NCBI GenBank assembly: GCA_951406725.2
Contig: OX597820.1
Location: 42,098,001 to 42,162,000 of the forward strand
Source: Octopus vulgaris
Taxonomy: Eukaryota
Length of the DNA stretch: 64,000 bases
Reading direction: 5' to 3'
How positions within the stretch are numbered: the stretch's first letter is position 1; each line of letters opens with the position of its first letter. Shown one piece after another: positions 28,950 through 42,433 of the stretch. The position numbers and the translations under genes are program-made. The notes beneath the pieces are model-generated. The model was given only the letters and a program-made list of their open reading frames with translations, ran no database searches and was not told the DNA's origin.

Positions 28950-29000
28950 TACTAATGGTTTCATGTGTTGAGAAATACCTCAGACACGCTCATCAGGCAC
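28950..29000 (-). ncRNA. type I hammerhead ribozyme truncated at its cleavage site
   Basis: Minus strand GTGC CTGATGA GCGTGT-C-TGAG-GTATTT-CTCA-ACACAT GAAAC CATTA GTA then (TA)n. Core intact, long stem II, 3' strand of stem I missing. Confidence 0.65.
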
Positions 29001-29190
29001 AAGCCACATATAACGAACTAAAAATTGAATGAGAGAAGAAACACGAACAGTTGGGGAAAGGGAGTATATAGAAAACGTTGAAGCTTAAGAAAACGGAAAC
29101 CGAAAAAGTAAAACTTAAAAATCAAAAAAAGTAAAGGGTTATACTAACCACACACCTTCGCTGTCGGACGACGAAGTTCGATGCACAAAG

Positions 29191-29247
29191 GCAGCTGAGT
29201 GTGATATAAATGTATTTCAGCATAAAACTTCTCATTCAGAGCTGTGC
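29191..29247 (-). ncRNA. degenerate hammerhead-like motif (second copy at about 28578-28637)
   Basis: CAGCT CTGAATGA G...CT GAAA TACATT...TC AGCTG with stem I CAGCT/AGCTG. The paralog reads CAGCT CTGAAGTA G...CT GAAA TACATT-CA-AATGT. Confidence 0.4.
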
Positions 29248-29268
29248 AAAATAATATAATATATAACC

Positions 29269-29733
29269 CACAGGTACAGGAAAATATTTGATGGGCGTTC
29301 TGTGAAATTTTCACATTGCTACCGTCCCAGTATGAAAAGTATCATTACACGAGGTCAATAACAGGAGCCTAAATCCAGTTGTAACTGTGGGGTCCCATGA
29401 TCCTGTCCACGTGACTAACGATGCACGATTGAATCTGTCATATATGTGGCTGAAATTATTGCAGCGCTTGGTGACAAAACAGATAAGAAGACTTATATTG
29501 GGTTATATGAAGGGGAATTTAAGAATTAAGATACAAATCACATAGCCTCCTTCCGACATAAGAACAAAAGAAAAAATACTAAGTTGGCTAGCCATGTATG
29601 GAATTTGAACTCTAACGCAACACCACACGTGATTAACTGGAAAATATTTGAAAAATCCACATGTTATGTTAATGGATCAAAGAAAAGTAAGCCATGTTTA
29701 GCTGAAATAGATCATATCCTTTTCAGATCTAAG
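29269..29733 (+). pseudogene. Naiad-like Penelope retroelement C-terminus (RT end, Cys knuckle, GIY-YIG endonuclease) with stops
   Basis: One frame reads HRYRKIFDGRSVKFSHCYRPSMKSII...SSCNCGVP*SCPRD*RCTIESVIYVAEI...KKTYIGLYEGEFKN*DTNHIASFRHK...TKLASHVWNL...INWKIF...YVNGSKKSKPCLAE. Matches KIFN-N-VK-SYSC-PN, CNC..CP..C, VIY...YIG and C-LCL-E motifs. Confidence 0.85.
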
Positions 29734-29771
<38 letters not shown>

Positions 29772-32700
29772 TTGTTTGTACGTACATACACACATATACA
29801 TGGACACATCCACATACATGTATATATGGAAACTGATTCCACTTAACTACGCGTGATTGGCAAAATTTTCCTCGTGTGTAAGATAGCAGTAAGTTGCAGT
29901 AGAACATATCAGGGGAAAAACTAACATTACCAAATACTTTCTAAAATATCTCGGTCAATACATTTTATCATCACATGTAGACTTTGACAATACGTCGAAA
30001 TATGATTCTTACCTACTTGTAACACCTATCAATACAGGCTTCATAAATGTATATATAAATGACTGCAAAAATAATTGTTCGAAATAGTATTATATCGTTC
30101 GAAATAGTATTATAATTGTATTTACTACAAGAACACGAAAGACTTGGCATTTTCTTAAGGTTAGACATTTACCATCATAATCTCACTATAATCGTATCTA
30201 TATTTCAGATGAACGCCAAATAAGATTAAATTTTGAAATAGTTGAATAATTACAAGTTTTGCATAGTAAAATTAACATATAACATCTGAGGAAATGAATT
30301 GAAGTAACATTTCCCAGATATTCAAGAAACTTCACAGTCAGAATTTATATGTAAAGCATCAAAAATTACAATGGAATGAAAATTAACATAGCGCAACGTC
30401 AACAATAACACACAAGTTGTCAATCTTTCGTCAACTTTTCTAACGTCAAATGCGTGTAGAAAATGTGTTGAAGGAAGGGTTGAGACTTCCAAAAATCTTC
30501 AATTATAGGAAGAAAATTGGAGAACAGTCTAATACGAGCTGTGAATTTGAAGCAATGTCTAGAGGAGGAAAATATAACATACAAGTACATCATGTTATTA
30601 TTTAAGCCCAGTTAAAACCTGATCGAGCTTAATTATTGTGAAAGGTCTCATGGAGATGGGCTAGCCATTTTTCCTGCTTCCTTTTTATATCTATGAATAA
30701 TTTGATGGCATGCTTCTGACATACAGCAAGTAGGTATAGGGTTTCTCACAACGTATATGTAAGCCATGCAAGAGTAAAAGACAGAAGAGAAATATAATTT
30801 GGAAATGCAGGGTAGCAAAACACTTGTCATATTTGCTGTTACTATCAAGAGACACCTTAGATTGTGTTTATTTCGCCAACCATCGATACCCAGAGTTTGG
30901 TGTGTTTGGTCATTGGAAGTTAAACGTTTTGGTCACATGCAAAATTCAGCAGCGGTAATTTGATACGAACTGCCATCATCTACCTTAGTTTTTCGATCAT
31001 TATTTATTGTTTGTGAGCGTATATGTATGCATGTACTTATGCATGTGTCTCTCGCGCTCTCTCCCACTCTCTATCTCTCGCACTCTCACTTTCTGTATAT
31101 AGATATATATATATATATGAACGTATAAGTATATATTTTCACAAATGCTCGTGTATTTACACACATACACACACACGCACACACGCACACACACACACGC
31201 ACACATATAGCTTCGTTCGTACAAAGAGCTGAGTGTATTCAAGTAAAATGATACACCACAAGGTATGACCAGGTAAAAGTATTTAATTAACACCCGAGTT
31301 TACATTTATAAAACCACAAGCTCGTACAAGCGGGTCCCTGTAGAACTGTCCTAAGATTAAACACCTGCACACTGAACGGTATTGGCGAAATGTCTTCTGG
31401 TTATTCGGTTTGGAAGTAAATATAATTAAATATGTCTGTGCATATGCTACTACTCTGCGAAGGTGAAACTGTTGGATGAATATTAATATGTATTAGGTTA
31501 TGTATGCAATAGTAAATACATAGAAGTGTATCGGGTGTTAAATGTAAACATATGATTTTACAATTATATAGACAATTACATATATCTCTTGTATTCACCT
31601 ACACTTGAGTCTTTATAATTCCATCACTTTTCATGTGTATACGGACAAAATTAAAATTATACATTTTGGCGCAAAGTTACATATCAGTATGTGAAGAGAC
31701 ATATGCATATAATTTGAAATATGTATAAACAGGCGTTCCCAAGATAAATCTGTTTTAATTTAAATTTAACAAATCACACACACTAACACACACGCGCGCG
31801 TGTGAACACTCTTATTAACTTGCCTTGGCTCTTCAAATACTGAATGGAGACAAAGTGGTATTGGCATTCTTTATAGCGTCATTTAAACCTAGCACCATCC
31901 TTCCCTATGTACTTGCACCCACTGCCGGTTTGTTCTACAAAAATGGTGAACTCAAAGACAGACAGAACGAAAGAAACAGAAAAATTGGCTCAGTACACAA
32001 ATGGCGCTTTATTTTTCGATTGTGAATGGAAGAATGGCAAAGTTGAGAACTCTGGGTTTAAAAGAATATTCTACTATACAGTGAAAAATGTTAACTACAC
32101 TTCTTGAGAAAAAAAGATGTGATTAACAAAATATATTATCTCCCTTTGGGAGAGAGTTTCGTCGCTTCTGCTGATACAATCAAAACATTTAATGTAACTG
32201 TGGTCGACCCAAGCTGGAGCGTCAACGTCATAAATTAAATCGATGTGACCTTCAGGATTCTTACAACATGCCAGTTATGAGAAAAGTAACGACAGCATGC
32301 TTAATTCTTTGCCTTACCTCGTTCTCACAGTAGGTGAAAGTTATTTTTCCTATATCAAACAAAACGCGAAAAGTGAAACATACCTGAGGCCAGGTATGTG
32401 AGGCTATGATTATATGAGTCGTCACGAAAGTTTAAATTCTATTCTCCCCTACGCTGCCTTGATCCCTATATCATTGGTACGATGCATGCAGAAAATATTC
32501 CATCAGTACTGCCCAAACAATGTGGCAAGTTTGCAAACAAAGGAACACTGGCCTCTTTTAACTTTTAGCCTGTACGAAACTTGGGCTCAAATCATATAGC
32601 AAAATTTGTAGCTGAACGGAATTAGTTTTATTCAATATTCCTGTCGAAAAGAAGATATCTAGTATTAAAACGTCACCTCAGGTAAATTGTTCTAAATATA

Positions 32701-32904
32701 GCAAGAAGAAACAATAACATTTGGATAAATTTCCCCTAACAATTGATCCCTACTCTAGTGGTTGAGCGAATTCCCGAAATATTGCTTAAAAACTTCACCA
32801 GAATGATTTTAGACGGGGTCGACCAATTCTGGCATCAAAATAAGTTTATAAATAAGTATATCAAGAATATCAAGATTATCAAGAAACACACTGACACGTA
32901 TATA

Positions 32905-33247
32905 AAGACTTTCTATTATCTTTTACTTCCATGGTCGAGAAGCATATTGAAAAATGCTAATCGAATAAATCGACCATAGTGCTCATTCTTTCGGTCTATA
33001 GTGCCGAACTGCTAAGTTACAGAGTCGTAAGCACACAAACAACGGTTGTCAAACGGGGTGGAGGACTAACGCAGATAAAAAACACACTCACATATGTCTT
33101 CTTTTTTAGTTTCCGCCTGCCAAATACGCTCACCAAGTTTGGTCAGTCCCAGGCTATAGTAGAAGACAGCTTCCCTGGGTGCTATGTAGTGGGCATGATC
33201 CATAACCATGAGGTCGGGAAGGAAGCTTCTTACCACAGAGTTACGCT
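32905..33247 (-). mobile_element. CORE-type SINE (decayed)
   Basis: Reverse complement of the 52874-53298 family (TTTCGGTCT..TGCCGAACTGCTAAGTTAC...AGTTTCCGCCTGCCAAAT...AGGCTATAGTAGAAGACA). Confidence 0.75.
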
Positions 33248-34286
33248 TGTATGTGTATGTGCGCACGCGTGTGTACGTGCGTGCATGCGCGCATAATTGG
33301 GTATGTGCTAGGAATCTGTTGGCGACAACTGAGATAGTATGAAAATCTCGATACAAGATTGATGTGTTAATGTAGATTGAAAGGGGAGGGGGTTATGTGA
33401 TAAAATAGGCACACTGGATGATCAAGGTGTTTCGTAAATATACATCGGTATATACCAGTATTCAAATATTCAGATATGTGGTTAAAATGGTAACTAAACC
33501 AAAGTCAAGACAAAAGATAAGACACAGTCATACTCAGGAATTCAGGCTTAGAGTTGATGGATCTGCAAGTATTAATTATGGTTGGAATAATGGCAACGAT
33601 ATTGAGTAAAAACAATAGCTGACAGATGCATATATACACTTATATAGACGTTTATTAATGATCTGTGAACCCTTTTGTGAATGCATTGCGGAAACTTTTC
33701 TGAACGAGATCTGAGTAATAACATCTTTGTATGGAAGGAATGTGACAAACCGGACATGGTGCAATGAATGATTAGAAGGAAAACTTTTCTAGGCATATGC
33801 TATCGATCTGCAAAATATGACCTATTTAAAATATGATATTCATTTCACTTTAAAGAGGTAAATGGACATATATGTGTGTGAGCATATGCGTGTACATATA
33901 CAGTCTCTCACAGAAGTTTGTATACTCCTAAAAATGTTCAGTAAAATTACCATTACTCTGACAATATCGAAGGAAATCAAACGAAATTTATACTGAATAA
34001 AATATATTATACATGCAATCATTATACAAATATGGAACACAAAGTAATAAACATTTTCAAAAATATTAATTTTCAAACATTACAACAATTTGTACACCCT
34101 AAAGGAAATCTGCTATATTCAATATTTTATTCACATTTTTTTTGGTACTAAATTCAGATATTGCTGATAATTTCAATTCTAATAATTTATTTCAACTGGT
34201 ATTTTTGCACCGGTCATTGTTATTGCATCTGCAGGAATTCTGATTTGTGTACCGTGGTAAAAAAAATTTTCTACATTTTGATTAAA

Positions 34287-35699
34287 ACGGCACCAAATAG
34301 AAAAGAATTGTCTGAGGATTTGAAGAAAATTATTTTTAATTTGCACAAGAATGGTTTACGATATAAGTTAATTAGCAAACGAATATATATATTTGTTTAC
34401 TACCCACAAGGGGCTAAACATAGAGGGGACAAACAAGGACAAACAAACGGATTAAGACGATTACATCGACCCCAGTGCGAAACTGGTACTTAATTTATCG
34501 ACCCCGAAAGGATTAAAAGGCAAAGTCGACCTCGGCGGAATTTGAACTCAGAACGTAACGGCATACGAAATATAGCAAACGAATATATATATTTCTTTAC
34601 TACCCACAAGGGGCTAAACACAGACGGGACAAATAAGGACAGACAAACGGATTAAGTCGATTACATCGACCCCAGTGAACTGGTACTTAATTTATCGACC
34701 CCGAAAGGATGAAAGGCAAAGTCGACCTCGGCGGAATTTGAACTCAGAACGTAACGGCATACGAAATATAGCAAACGAATATATATTAGCGTAAACACAG
34801 TTGCTAGAGTAATTCAGAGGTGCAAAGCTACTGGACGGCTAAGCAATGAACATCATCTAGGTCGTCCTATTTTAATTGCGCGAGATATTCGCCACAACCA
34901 ACGTTGCGTGATGGACGAGAGGCATCGTACCGCTTCATCTTTGGCCCAAGAAATGTCTTCTGTTAGTGGAAATAGTGTTTCCGCCCAAACAGTTGCCGAA
35001 GTTTGACCCAGTGTGGTCTTCAGGGATGTATTCCTCGTAGGAAGCCTCTCCTCACTACCAGGCATAAGTCAAGTCATCTTTCTTTTGCTGAAACCTATGT
35101 GAGTAAGGGAAAGGATTTTGAGAATGAAATTATTTTATCTGACGAGACTAAAATCAACTTGTTTGGGTCAGATTGTATTAAGCGAATATGGCGACGACCA
35201 GGAGAAGATAATAGCGACAAATGTAATGTGCCTACCGTGAAACACCGTGGTGGAAGTGTTATGCTTTGGGGATGCATGAGTACAGCTGGTATGGGGAAAC
35301 TCACATTTATTGAGAGAACAATGGATTCAAGGCTTTATTGTGACATATTGCAGAAAACAATGCTGAAAAGTATCAAGGGACTAGAAAACAATTCCATGTT
35401 CCAGCATATTAATGACCCTAAACACACTTCAATGATGACGCTAAGTTTTTATTATATAAAAATTTTAAAGTAATAAATTGGCCTACCATGTCACCTGATT
35501 TAAACCCAATACAACATCTGTGGGGTGTTTTGAAAAAGAAGGTTGAGGAGAAAAAACCTGCAATGTAACACGGTTGAAAGACATCATTCAGAATGAATGG
35601 AGGTCGATTTTATTGGAGATATGCGGGAATTTAGTTGATTCTATGGCCAGAAGACTTAATGCAGTCATTGAAAGCAAGGGCGGTCACACCAAGTATTGA
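34287..35699 (+). pseudogene. Tc1-like DD34E transposase pseudogene (ATG to ACG, SINE insertion, frameshifts)
   Basis: APNRKELSEDLKKII..HKNG..YKLISKR / SVNTVARVIQR..GRP / PRRKPLL..LSFA..ILSDETKINLFGSD..IWRRPGE..PTVKHRGGSVMLWGCM / FQHINDPKHTS / WPTMSPDLNPIQHLW / LVDSMARRLNAVIESKGGHTKY*. Confidence 0.92.
34391..34768 (-). mobile_element. two tandem 5'-truncated SINE copies inserted in the Tc1 transposase
   Basis: Copies at 34391-34572 and 34591-34768 (TTCTGAGTTCAAATTCCGCCGAGGTCGACTTTGCCTTTCATCCTTTCGGGGTCGATAAATTAAGTACCAG on minus), separated and flanked by TAGCAAACGAATATATAT x3. Confidence 0.92.
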
Positions 35700-36094
35700 A
35701 TATAGTAAATAATACTTAAGGGTGTACATATTTTTGTATCGTTTGAAAATTAATATTTCGTTCATATCTTTGAAAATGTTTAATGCTTTGTGCTCCAAAT
35801 TAATTTGTATAATGTTTGAATGCTTGAATATATTTTATTCAGTATAAATTCCGTTTGAGTTCCTTTGATATCAAAGTAATGGTAATATTATTGAAATTTT
35901 TTAGGGCGTACATACTTCTGTGAGATACTCTAAATGTAGCCATTTAGGGATAATTCAATATCGCAATATCTTAAATGGGTCATATTTTCCAGTTGAAGCA
36001 TATCAGATAAATAACAGTCCATGTGGTCGTTTACCAATATAGATCTTTTTTGTACATATGTATATCAGTAGATATATATACATATATACATAAA

Positions 36095-36265
36095 GGTGTG
36101 TCCTAGGTATGATTCTAAACTTAGTTGGGCTTTCGTATTAACTGAATCCCATGATGGGCCTTTGAGGACTGTGGCATCACCTTTTCGCTATGATTGTTCC
36201 CAGGTCTAATCTGACGCCCAGTAGGATCACCTATCAAGGTGCTAGCCATTGATTAACTAGCATAC
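36095..36265 (+). mobile_element. possible decayed SINE-like repeat
   Basis: GTGTCCTAGGTATGA.TCTAAAC...CCCAGGTC.A.TCTGAC.CCCAGTAG...CACCT.T.A.GGT pattern; recognition only. Confidence 0.35.
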
Positions 36266-37219
36266 GTGCGCGGATGCAGATATACACTGTTAGTGTCAGG
36301 GCACGCAATGAATCCACCGTCAGTGAGTAACTCCCAGCTGTTGCAACAGCGAGTGGCAGAAACTACTAAGCGTGAGACATACTGATGTTTCATGTAATTC
36401 CTGGTCACCTCACTTCGATCCCTCACTAGCTACTAATCACGGATATTCAGTGTGGTCTTCTTGTTGTATAAGTGATCATCGCTATTATCCAATAAAGTAC
36501 AGATGTCTCTTTAGGGTGACAATATTTGCCATTTCATCAATGGAAAGTGCTGACACAACCAGTTGGTTACAACATTTTAGTTGTCACGTATACTTCAAAC
36601 CACGCGGATCTGCAACGGGTCTTTAATTGTGCTCAACAGTTATTTCAAATATTTAATAATATACTGCTGATACATCATTAAATTAAATTTATTTTAACTA
36701 AATTAAATTGAAATATGTGCTTCTTCAATTTATCAAGAAAGCTGTTATGTTAAGTAGAATACTGTCACTTGTTTAAATACACCAATACTTAGGGAAACTG
36801 ATGGTGTTGTCTCGGTGTCGATGTGTTTAAACCAGAAACTGTTTTCTAAACAATATAATACATCCTTGCCGATTTGGGTAAACACTGTTTCTCAAATAAT
36901 TTAACTTAATTAATATATCACAGTTATGTTTTTTTACATATGATAGCGTTAACAAAATAGATGGGCACAAGAAACTTATAAGCGACATTTATGATTTTGT
37001 ATTTATACAAAACAGGATACTCTAAAGATAGTTTTAGTCATTTCTGTATTTGCATAGTAGATTGTCACACATCTATTTCCTGCTATGTAAGGATGAGTTG
37101 TATTATAACGACTGGTTTTTCATTGAGATTTTAATTACCGTGGATGTATTCTTTTTACACATCACCTATACACACACACACACACCCACACATATACAGA
37201 CACACACACACAAATCTAT

Positions 37220-37572
37220 ATATTCTTTTATTTGTTTTAAGTCATTTGACTGCAGCCATGCTGGAGCACCAACCTAAGGGGTTTTAGTTGCATAAATCGA
37301 ATCTAGGTCTTATTCTTTGTAAGCCTAGTACATATCACTGTATTGGGACGTAAACACACCAACATTGGTTGTCAAGTGAAGGAGGAAGGACAAACGCAGT
37401 CACAAAGACACACACAAATATATATATATATATATATATATACACTACGGGCTTCTTTCAGTTTCCGTCTACTAAATCTACTCACAATGCTTTGGTCGGC
37501 CCGAAGCTTTAGTCGAACCCGAGACCATGTGATTGGGAAGCAAGCTTCTTACAACGCACCCATGCCTGCTCC
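37220..37572 (-). mobile_element. CORE-type SINE
   Basis: Reverse complement of the 52874-53298 family, including its internal (TA)n. Confidence 0.8.
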
Positions 37573-37622
37573 TATATATATGCATATATTTATATATACA
37601 GGTCTATGTAAGTACATATATA

Positions 37623-38345
37623 CGAGGGTTTGCCCAAAAGTAATCTGAAACGTTCTCTGTGGGACAAGCCTGTTATAGTTCTGGCTACCACCGCTAGAAG
37701 CCATTTGATGCGAACCCCAGCCATTAGTCTGCCGACTAGCGTCGTCGGTTGGTATTGTACTGCCACGTAATGCGTCTTTGCTTTGTAGTGCTTCTCCCCT
37801 ATTCATTGATTTTTACGATGGGCTGAAATGGCAGAACGCTGTATTTCCATGAAATTCTGTTTTCTGCTGGGGAAAACGGCAGCCGAAACAGTTATTATAA
37901 TTTAGACAAGTTGCTTGTAGGCTGCCATGATCAAAATACAATTTTACGAGTGGTTTCCATGCTTTAGCAATGGTAACTTGTCGCTTGAGGAACAACCTGC
38001 GGCACGAATGACAGCATCATGAAAATTCATGAACTGATCTTGGATGACCGTCACTGAGCATTTGACGAACCTATTGGTATGTCATGGAGCTCCTACAAAC
38101 AATTTTTGAGCGAGGAATTACGAATGAAAAGAATTGCAGCAAAATTTGTGCCTCGCTTCTTCACGGAAGATCGAAAGCATTCTCGACTGAATGCATGTCG
38201 TGAACTAAAAGAACACTTGGAAGTCAGTATGGATCTTTTTTCAAGGATCATCACTGGTGAAGAAAGCTGGTCCTAGAAAATTTGAAGATGTTGAAGAGGT
38301 GGAGAAAAAAAAAGGCGTAAAAATGAGGAACTTCGCAACAGTTCC
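37623..38345 (+). mobile_element. mariner transposon fragment (internally deleted transposase pseudogene)
   Basis: Begins TA|CGAGGGT (mariner-type end). Encodes MKFCFLLGKTAAET..FYEWF..F.NGNLSLEE..ILDDR..LSEELRMKRIAAKFVPRFFTEDRK..RL..C..FSRIITGEESW, then RKFEDVEEV. Confidence 0.85.
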
Positions 38346-38522
38346 AGCACTGATTTCAAACATTGTCCTGCTCATTGACAATTTTTGATATCTCGGCATC
38401 TGAAGCAGTTGAAGATATGATAGTCTGACCAAAAGTATCGGCTAATGCAAGCAAAAAGGAATATTGGAAAAAACGCATTTCACCAAATTTGGAAAATTAT
38501 ATTATATATATACATGTACATA

Positions 38523-38714
<192 letters not shown>

Positions 38715-38774
38715 AGCGAGAGAGTGATTAAGAGAGAGGGAGAGGGATCCAAATAGATTGATAGAGAGACAAAT

Positions 38775-39143
38775 CTCTTTTCTGTTTCTCGCATGCGGTC
38801 ATGTCGGAGCACGGCCTTGGAGTGTTTAGTTGAGTCAAACTGACCCAATTTATTTCTAAATATGTTAATTTTTCTACATGCAATTATGCCGAACCGCTAT
38901 GTTATAGCGATGTGAAATATCCAACGGCATTTCTCAAGGTGTGGCGAGGAATATAAACTAACGCACACTTAGATACACAGAGGCTCTAGCACACACACAC
39001 ATATTTGCGATAGGCTTCTACAAAGTTTGCTCCTATCAAATTTTCTAATTTATTATTTGGTTACTAGGCTACAGGACTAGACCCACAGCCCCAAAACGAA
39101 ATTGTCTGCAAGCAAGCTTCTTAACCATACAGCCATGCCTGCA
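38775..39143 (-). mobile_element. CORE-type SINE (decayed)
   Basis: TGCGGTCATG..GGAGCAC.GCCTT..TGCCGAACCGCTA.GTTA...AAGCTTCTTAACCATACAGCCATGCCTGC. Confidence 0.7.
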
Positions 39144-39247
39144 TTTGTATATTATGTTTGGAATATTTTTACATCACTGCCATGCATCTGAATATTTCTG
39201 ACTTGCATAATTAGATATATATATACATACATATGTACACACATATG

Positions 39248-39333
<86 letters not shown>

Positions 39334-39454
39334 AGAAGATAGACAGATTGATAGATGGAGATATATATTCATAGATATATAGATACATTTTTATACATAC
39401 CGCTAGAAATGGAAATTAGACCTATATCTATCTATCTATCTTTCTATTCCCCTA

Positions 39455-39636
39455 TCTATTTCTTTACTACCCATACGGGGCTAAACACAGAGAGGACAAA
39501 CATGTACAGACAAGCGGATAAAGTCGATTATATCGACCCCAGAGCGTAACTGGTACTTATTTAATCGACCCTGAAAGGATAAAAGGCAAAGGCGACCTTG
39601 GCGGAATTTGAACTCGGAACGCAGCGGCAGACGAAT
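39455..39636 (-). mobile_element. 5'-truncated SINE (family of 34391-34768)
   Basis: High similarity to both Tc1-embedded copies. Confidence 0.85.
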
Positions 39637-40922
39637 CAATCAAGCTATAGACATATGTATGTATGTATGTCGTAATTATAGCTCTCACATACAATATAGT
39701 AATTCACAATAAATCTATTATATATTGTGCAATATCATCAAATATAGTGGTCACAATATCATATGGGACGGATACGTTAATATTTTCATTTCCAGAGGTA
39801 GTTCTCTTTCTCTCTCATTCTCTTTGCTGTTTTTTTTTCTCTCTTGTAAGAAACTTTAACGGTGCTTCTGTGAAATCACTCATTTTTACAATTCTTTGAA
39901 CATCTATACTGAAAGTATCTTAAACTTATACATTTGGTTATTTAGCCATGTATGCATGCATGTTTGTAGATAACACAGTTCTTGAGACCTGGTGGAATTT
40001 TAACAGAACTAACCCTAAATGAGCTTTTAGAATATATCTTTCACTATTTTTATTCATCCTTCACATGAAGATAAAAAGTGAAATTGTGTAAGGTCATAGG
40101 ATATATATTAAAAAATCTTGTTAGAATTTCTGCAAAAAGTTATGTAACTTTAGGGAACTTGCGCAAGTAATATTCTAAATATCATTTTTAAACCAACATC
40201 TCACCTTGAAATATGCTCACGATAAGCGAAAAATATTCACATTACGCTTTTTTTTTTTCAAAGCAACGAAAGTCGTTTACAAAATTTTTCGGAAAATAAA
40301 TTATTCAGATCCATCTTGATGAACATTATGGCCGACCCATAAAATGCTTTCAATACAACTTTCATATTCATACTGGTAGTTATAATGCAAATAAAAATAC
40401 TTATAAAGAAGAATACATGGGGAAAATTAATATAGCGATAAATCTTACGCAGATGAGCAAAAGCGAATGAATTTTAAATTCTAGAATATGATGTGCATAA
40501 ATGTTTATAAACTCCTCACTTCTTCCACTTCGTGCATGTTAAAGTTTACATATAATTTAATGTATATGTAAAATAGACAGTAACTCTGTGTGCGTATATG
40601 TGTGTACGTGTGGTTGGGTGTGTGAGCTTACGCAAATCATACCCTCACACACTTATATTTAAACATATATGATGCATCTATATATATTATGCTTGTATAT
40701 GCGAAAGCTGAATATTTCTAGGTATCGTACGTTAGCAATTTGAAACAAACACAGGTCTATTTAATATTCATTATCGGTGCTAATAGGTGTTGTTTCAAGG
40801 TACATAATACAATATATTTACTAGTGGCTTATTTTCCGTATTACATGTATCTTTGTGTGTGTGTGTGTGTGTGTGTGAATGTGTGTGGATACATATATAC
40901 ATATACATACATATACATACAT

Positions 40923-40954
<32 letters not shown>

Positions 40955-42161
40955 TGTAAAATAAAAGGAAATAAATTAAATAAATTTTGACGATATATTA
41001 GTCTACGCATTCTCTCTCGCTATACATACTAGCGATATACATTTATATGTGTGTGCATTTGTATCTATGTGTGTATCTAGAAATATATATATGTATATAT
41101 GTATACATATGCATATATATACATATCAATATATAATATATATATGTATACTTATATATGTATGCTTATATAAATGTGTGTATGTGCGAGTGTGTGTATG
41201 TGTGTGTGTGCGTGTGTGTACACCTTTCTCTGTATGTGTATGTAAACAAATAATATACATACATATGTGTTTATCTGTGGGTATAATGTGCATGAATAGG
41301 TATAAAAATACAAAATATATAAACCTACATACGTAATGTTTTTTTGTATTTATTGTTGATATATGGGCATTGGTCATTATCATAAGGATACCCAAATTAA
41401 TATATCTCCGATTGTCCAATCAATAACTCAACAGGTTTTATTCGGTAACATGGATTCTATATACTCATGTATGAGATTTTGTTTGCAGAGTTTGCGGAGC
41501 ACTACTGTTTGTAACAAATATATGTTGTTGAAATCTAAAGAAAAAAAGTTTTGTCCGAATAAAAATATTACTTAAAAGTTGATATAAAATATTTCGAGGG
41601 GGAAATTTTATTTCACAAAATGTTCTCATACACACTTATACTAATACAAAAAGTGTACTTAAATTCCCCCATTGTAACCACAGTATATGTACGTATATGT
41701 ATATATATATATATATACATTTACATCTATATATACATTTATATATATATTTATTTATATATCTGTATGTGTGTATATATATATATATATAAATACATGT
41801 GTGTATATATATATATATATAAATACATTCATATGGACAGGTATATGTATATTATCTATATACACACAAACATTTATATAAATATAAATAGATATATATA
41901 TATATGTATTTGCATATACATATGTATATATGTGTGTATATATATATATACAAATATATACATATTTGTGTGTGTGTGTACATATGTGTATATACATATG
42001 TAAGTAGATATATACGTATATAGATATATAAATATGTATGAATTTATATATATATATACAGGTATATATGAAAGAAGGTTTGAAAATGCAATTTTCAAGA
42101 TGTCTATTCACTTTTATATATAACTATATATATATATACATGTATATATGTAGATATATTG

Positions 42162-42205
<44 letters not shown>

Positions 42206-42397
42206 CATACGTATGTTGATAGACAAGTAGAAAGATAGATTGATTGATAGATATAATCCTTATAAACATGAAAATATGTGTAAACACATGTATGCCCACA
42301 ATATATATATACATAACCTATATATATATATATATATTTATATATATACATATGCATGTATGTATGTATGTGTGAGTATGCGTGTGGGTGTGGGTGC

Positions 42398-42433
<36 letters not shown>

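Larger units (their letters stand above)
33901..35930 (+). mobile_element. Tc1-family DNA transposon, full length, long (~205-215 bp) TIRs, TA target duplication
   Basis: TA|CAGTCTCTCACAGAAGTTTGTATAC...TTTGTACACCCTAAAG (33901-34104) is inverted to CTTAAGGGTGTACA...GTACATACTTCTGTGAGATACTC|TA (35715-35930), enclosing a transposase. Confidence 0.93.

Noticed and set aside
29395-29530. In-frame stops as selenocysteine recoding in the Naiad-like ORF
   Set aside because: Stops include TAA and the single TGA is not at a conserved Cys position, consistent with neutral decay.
34373-34786. Repeat-spacer-repeat pattern resembling a CRISPR array
   Set aside because: The spacers are two copies of one SINE, the repeats are target-site duplications, and the context is eukaryotic with no cas genes.
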